From the NCBI GenBank assembly GCA_937858435.1, contig CALLZJ010000359.1, positions 1 through 44,973 of the forward strand: a stretch of 44,973 nt of DNA, in the 5' to 3' direction. The notes beneath the pieces were generated by a model. It searched no databases. It saw only the letters and a list, made by a program, of their open reading frames with translations, and was not told where the DNA came from. Positions 44,001 through 44,973 of the stretch are shown one piece after another (the first letter of the stretch is position 1; every line of letters begins with the position of its first letter). The position numbers and the translations under genes are program-made. This DNA comes from an uncultured bacterium. GTDB taxonomy: Bacteria > Planctomycetota > Planctomycetia > Gemmatales > HRBIN36.

Positions 44001-44513
44001 CTGATTCGCCGCCAGGGTCAGTTCGGCGAGCAGGTCCGTCTGGGCGACGGCAGTGAGCTGGCCGCCCTGCGGGCCCAGGCGACGATGCAGCCCCACGTGC
44101 ATGATCTGACCCATGATCGAAGCAGGCGGCGTCAGCAAGGGATGGATGTCCGGCGGCATCGGCACCGTCGCCAACCGTTCCATCACCAACTGTCGGGCGT
44201 GTCGGCTGTCGGTCTGCCAGTCGAACTCGATCGTAATGACGCTCAGGCCCTGGCTCGACTGGCTGCGGACCGTCTGCACGCCGGAGGCGCCGAGCAAGGC
44301 CGATTCAATGGGCCAGGAGACCAGTGTTTCCACTTCTTCGGACGACAGGCCGTGACATTCGGTGAGAATGACCACGCGGGGCCGATCGAGGTCAGGGAAG
44401 ACATCGATGGGCAGCGTCGTCGTCAGGAAGCTGCCGTAGACCAGGACCAAAATACTGGCGGCGAGGACGAGCGCGCGATGCGTGAGCGCGAAGCGGATCA
44501 AGGCGTTGAGCAT
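41088..44513 (-). CDS. heavy-metal efflux RND permease, CusA/CzcA family (1141 aa)
   Basis: N-terminus [48 protein letters not shown]. TM4 [26 protein letters not shown]. Twelve-TM RND architecture throughout. Confidence 0.95.
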   Translation of the reverse strand: [1141 protein letters not shown]

Positions 44514-44522
44514 GGCGGCCGC

Positions 44523-44973
44523 CTAGTTCTCTGGGTCGTCATTCTTGTGGAGCGTGCCGTCGGCATGCATGTGGTAACCCTTGGGGACGCCGGTCGCCCC
44601 CGCGCTGGCAATCCGCTGCAACTGGGCGCCCCCATTCTGGACGACGAACATCCCGGGCAGCAGCGTACCGTCGTGGGCGAGCACGGCGTGCCAGCGGTCC
44701 AGGGCCAGCATCCGAACCGCCCTCCGCTCGAAGGTGTTTTCGTTCTGGATGAACACATAGGCGTCGGCGCCATCGCGGACCACGGCCTGAGCGGGCAAGA
44801 CAAACACGCCTTCCCAGGCCTCGACGCGCACCCGGACTCGGACGCGCTGCCCCGGACGGAAACGCCAGAGCAGTTGCGTACGGCCCGCTTCCGAGACCAC
44901 CCGTGCTTCGTTGTCCAAGGGGATCTGGAAGGCAAACGTGCGGCTGACCGGATCGATGGTGTTGGCCAGGTAG
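44523..44973 (-). CDS. efflux RND periplasmic adaptor (CusB/CzcB-like MFP), C-terminal part (5' end outside window)
   Basis: Frame is open to the window edge (...YLANTIDPVSRTFAFQIPLDNE...VLPAQAVVRDGADAYVFIQ...). The stop lies 9 nt upstream of the RND pump ATG. Confidence 0.8.
   Translation of the reverse strand, partial: YLANTIDPVSRTFAFQIPLDNEARVVSEAGRTQLLWRFRPGQRVRVRVRVEAWEGVFVLPAQAVVRDGADAYVFIQNENTFERRAVRMLALDRWHAVLAHDGTLLPGMFVVQNGGAQLQRIASAGATGVPKGYHMHADGTLHKNDDPEN

Overview
High-GC window of about 45 kb. Gene content suggests a Planctomycetota-type chromosome: ECF sigma factors paired with Ser/Thr-kinase-like or zf-HC2 partners, a DUF1570-like peptidase, MJ0042-type zinc-ribbon and TlpA fusions, PQQ beta-propellers, Tat-signal hydrolases and a giant TPR-secretin. 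This lineage call is inference only. I support about 38 protein genes, 2 tRNAs (Gln-CUG on the minus strand, Ser-GGA on the plus strand), 2 intrinsic-terminator-like hairpins and a few candidate promoters or leaders. Clear housekeeping genes are thrS, metK, ppx/gppA, a class IV aminotransferase and a monofunctional PPC decarboxylase. I saw no transposase, integrase, CRISPR array or rRNA. Many long ORFs in the track are antisense shadows typical of high-GC DNA. The most interesting loci are: (1) a tightly coupled five-gene operon at 3196-8775 behind an ECF sigma and a degenerate kinase, containing a cytoplasmic animal-type haem peroxidase, a 745-aa orphan and a lysine-free flavoprotein; (2) a three-gene cassette at 14487-15586 with two tandem paralogous small proteins translationally coupled to an unassignable 168-aa protein; (3) an orphan 1670-aa secretin with a repeat-rich N-terminus of about 1100 aa. 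Smaller observations are a degenerate kinase active site, a roughly 95-aa insertion in ThrRS, a structured metK leader with SD/anti-SD alternatives, an in-frame TAG at the 5' end of a polytopic membrane protein, and an HME-RND pump with an insertion and a His-rich lipoprotein. All functional calls come from motif recognition by eye; no database search was run.
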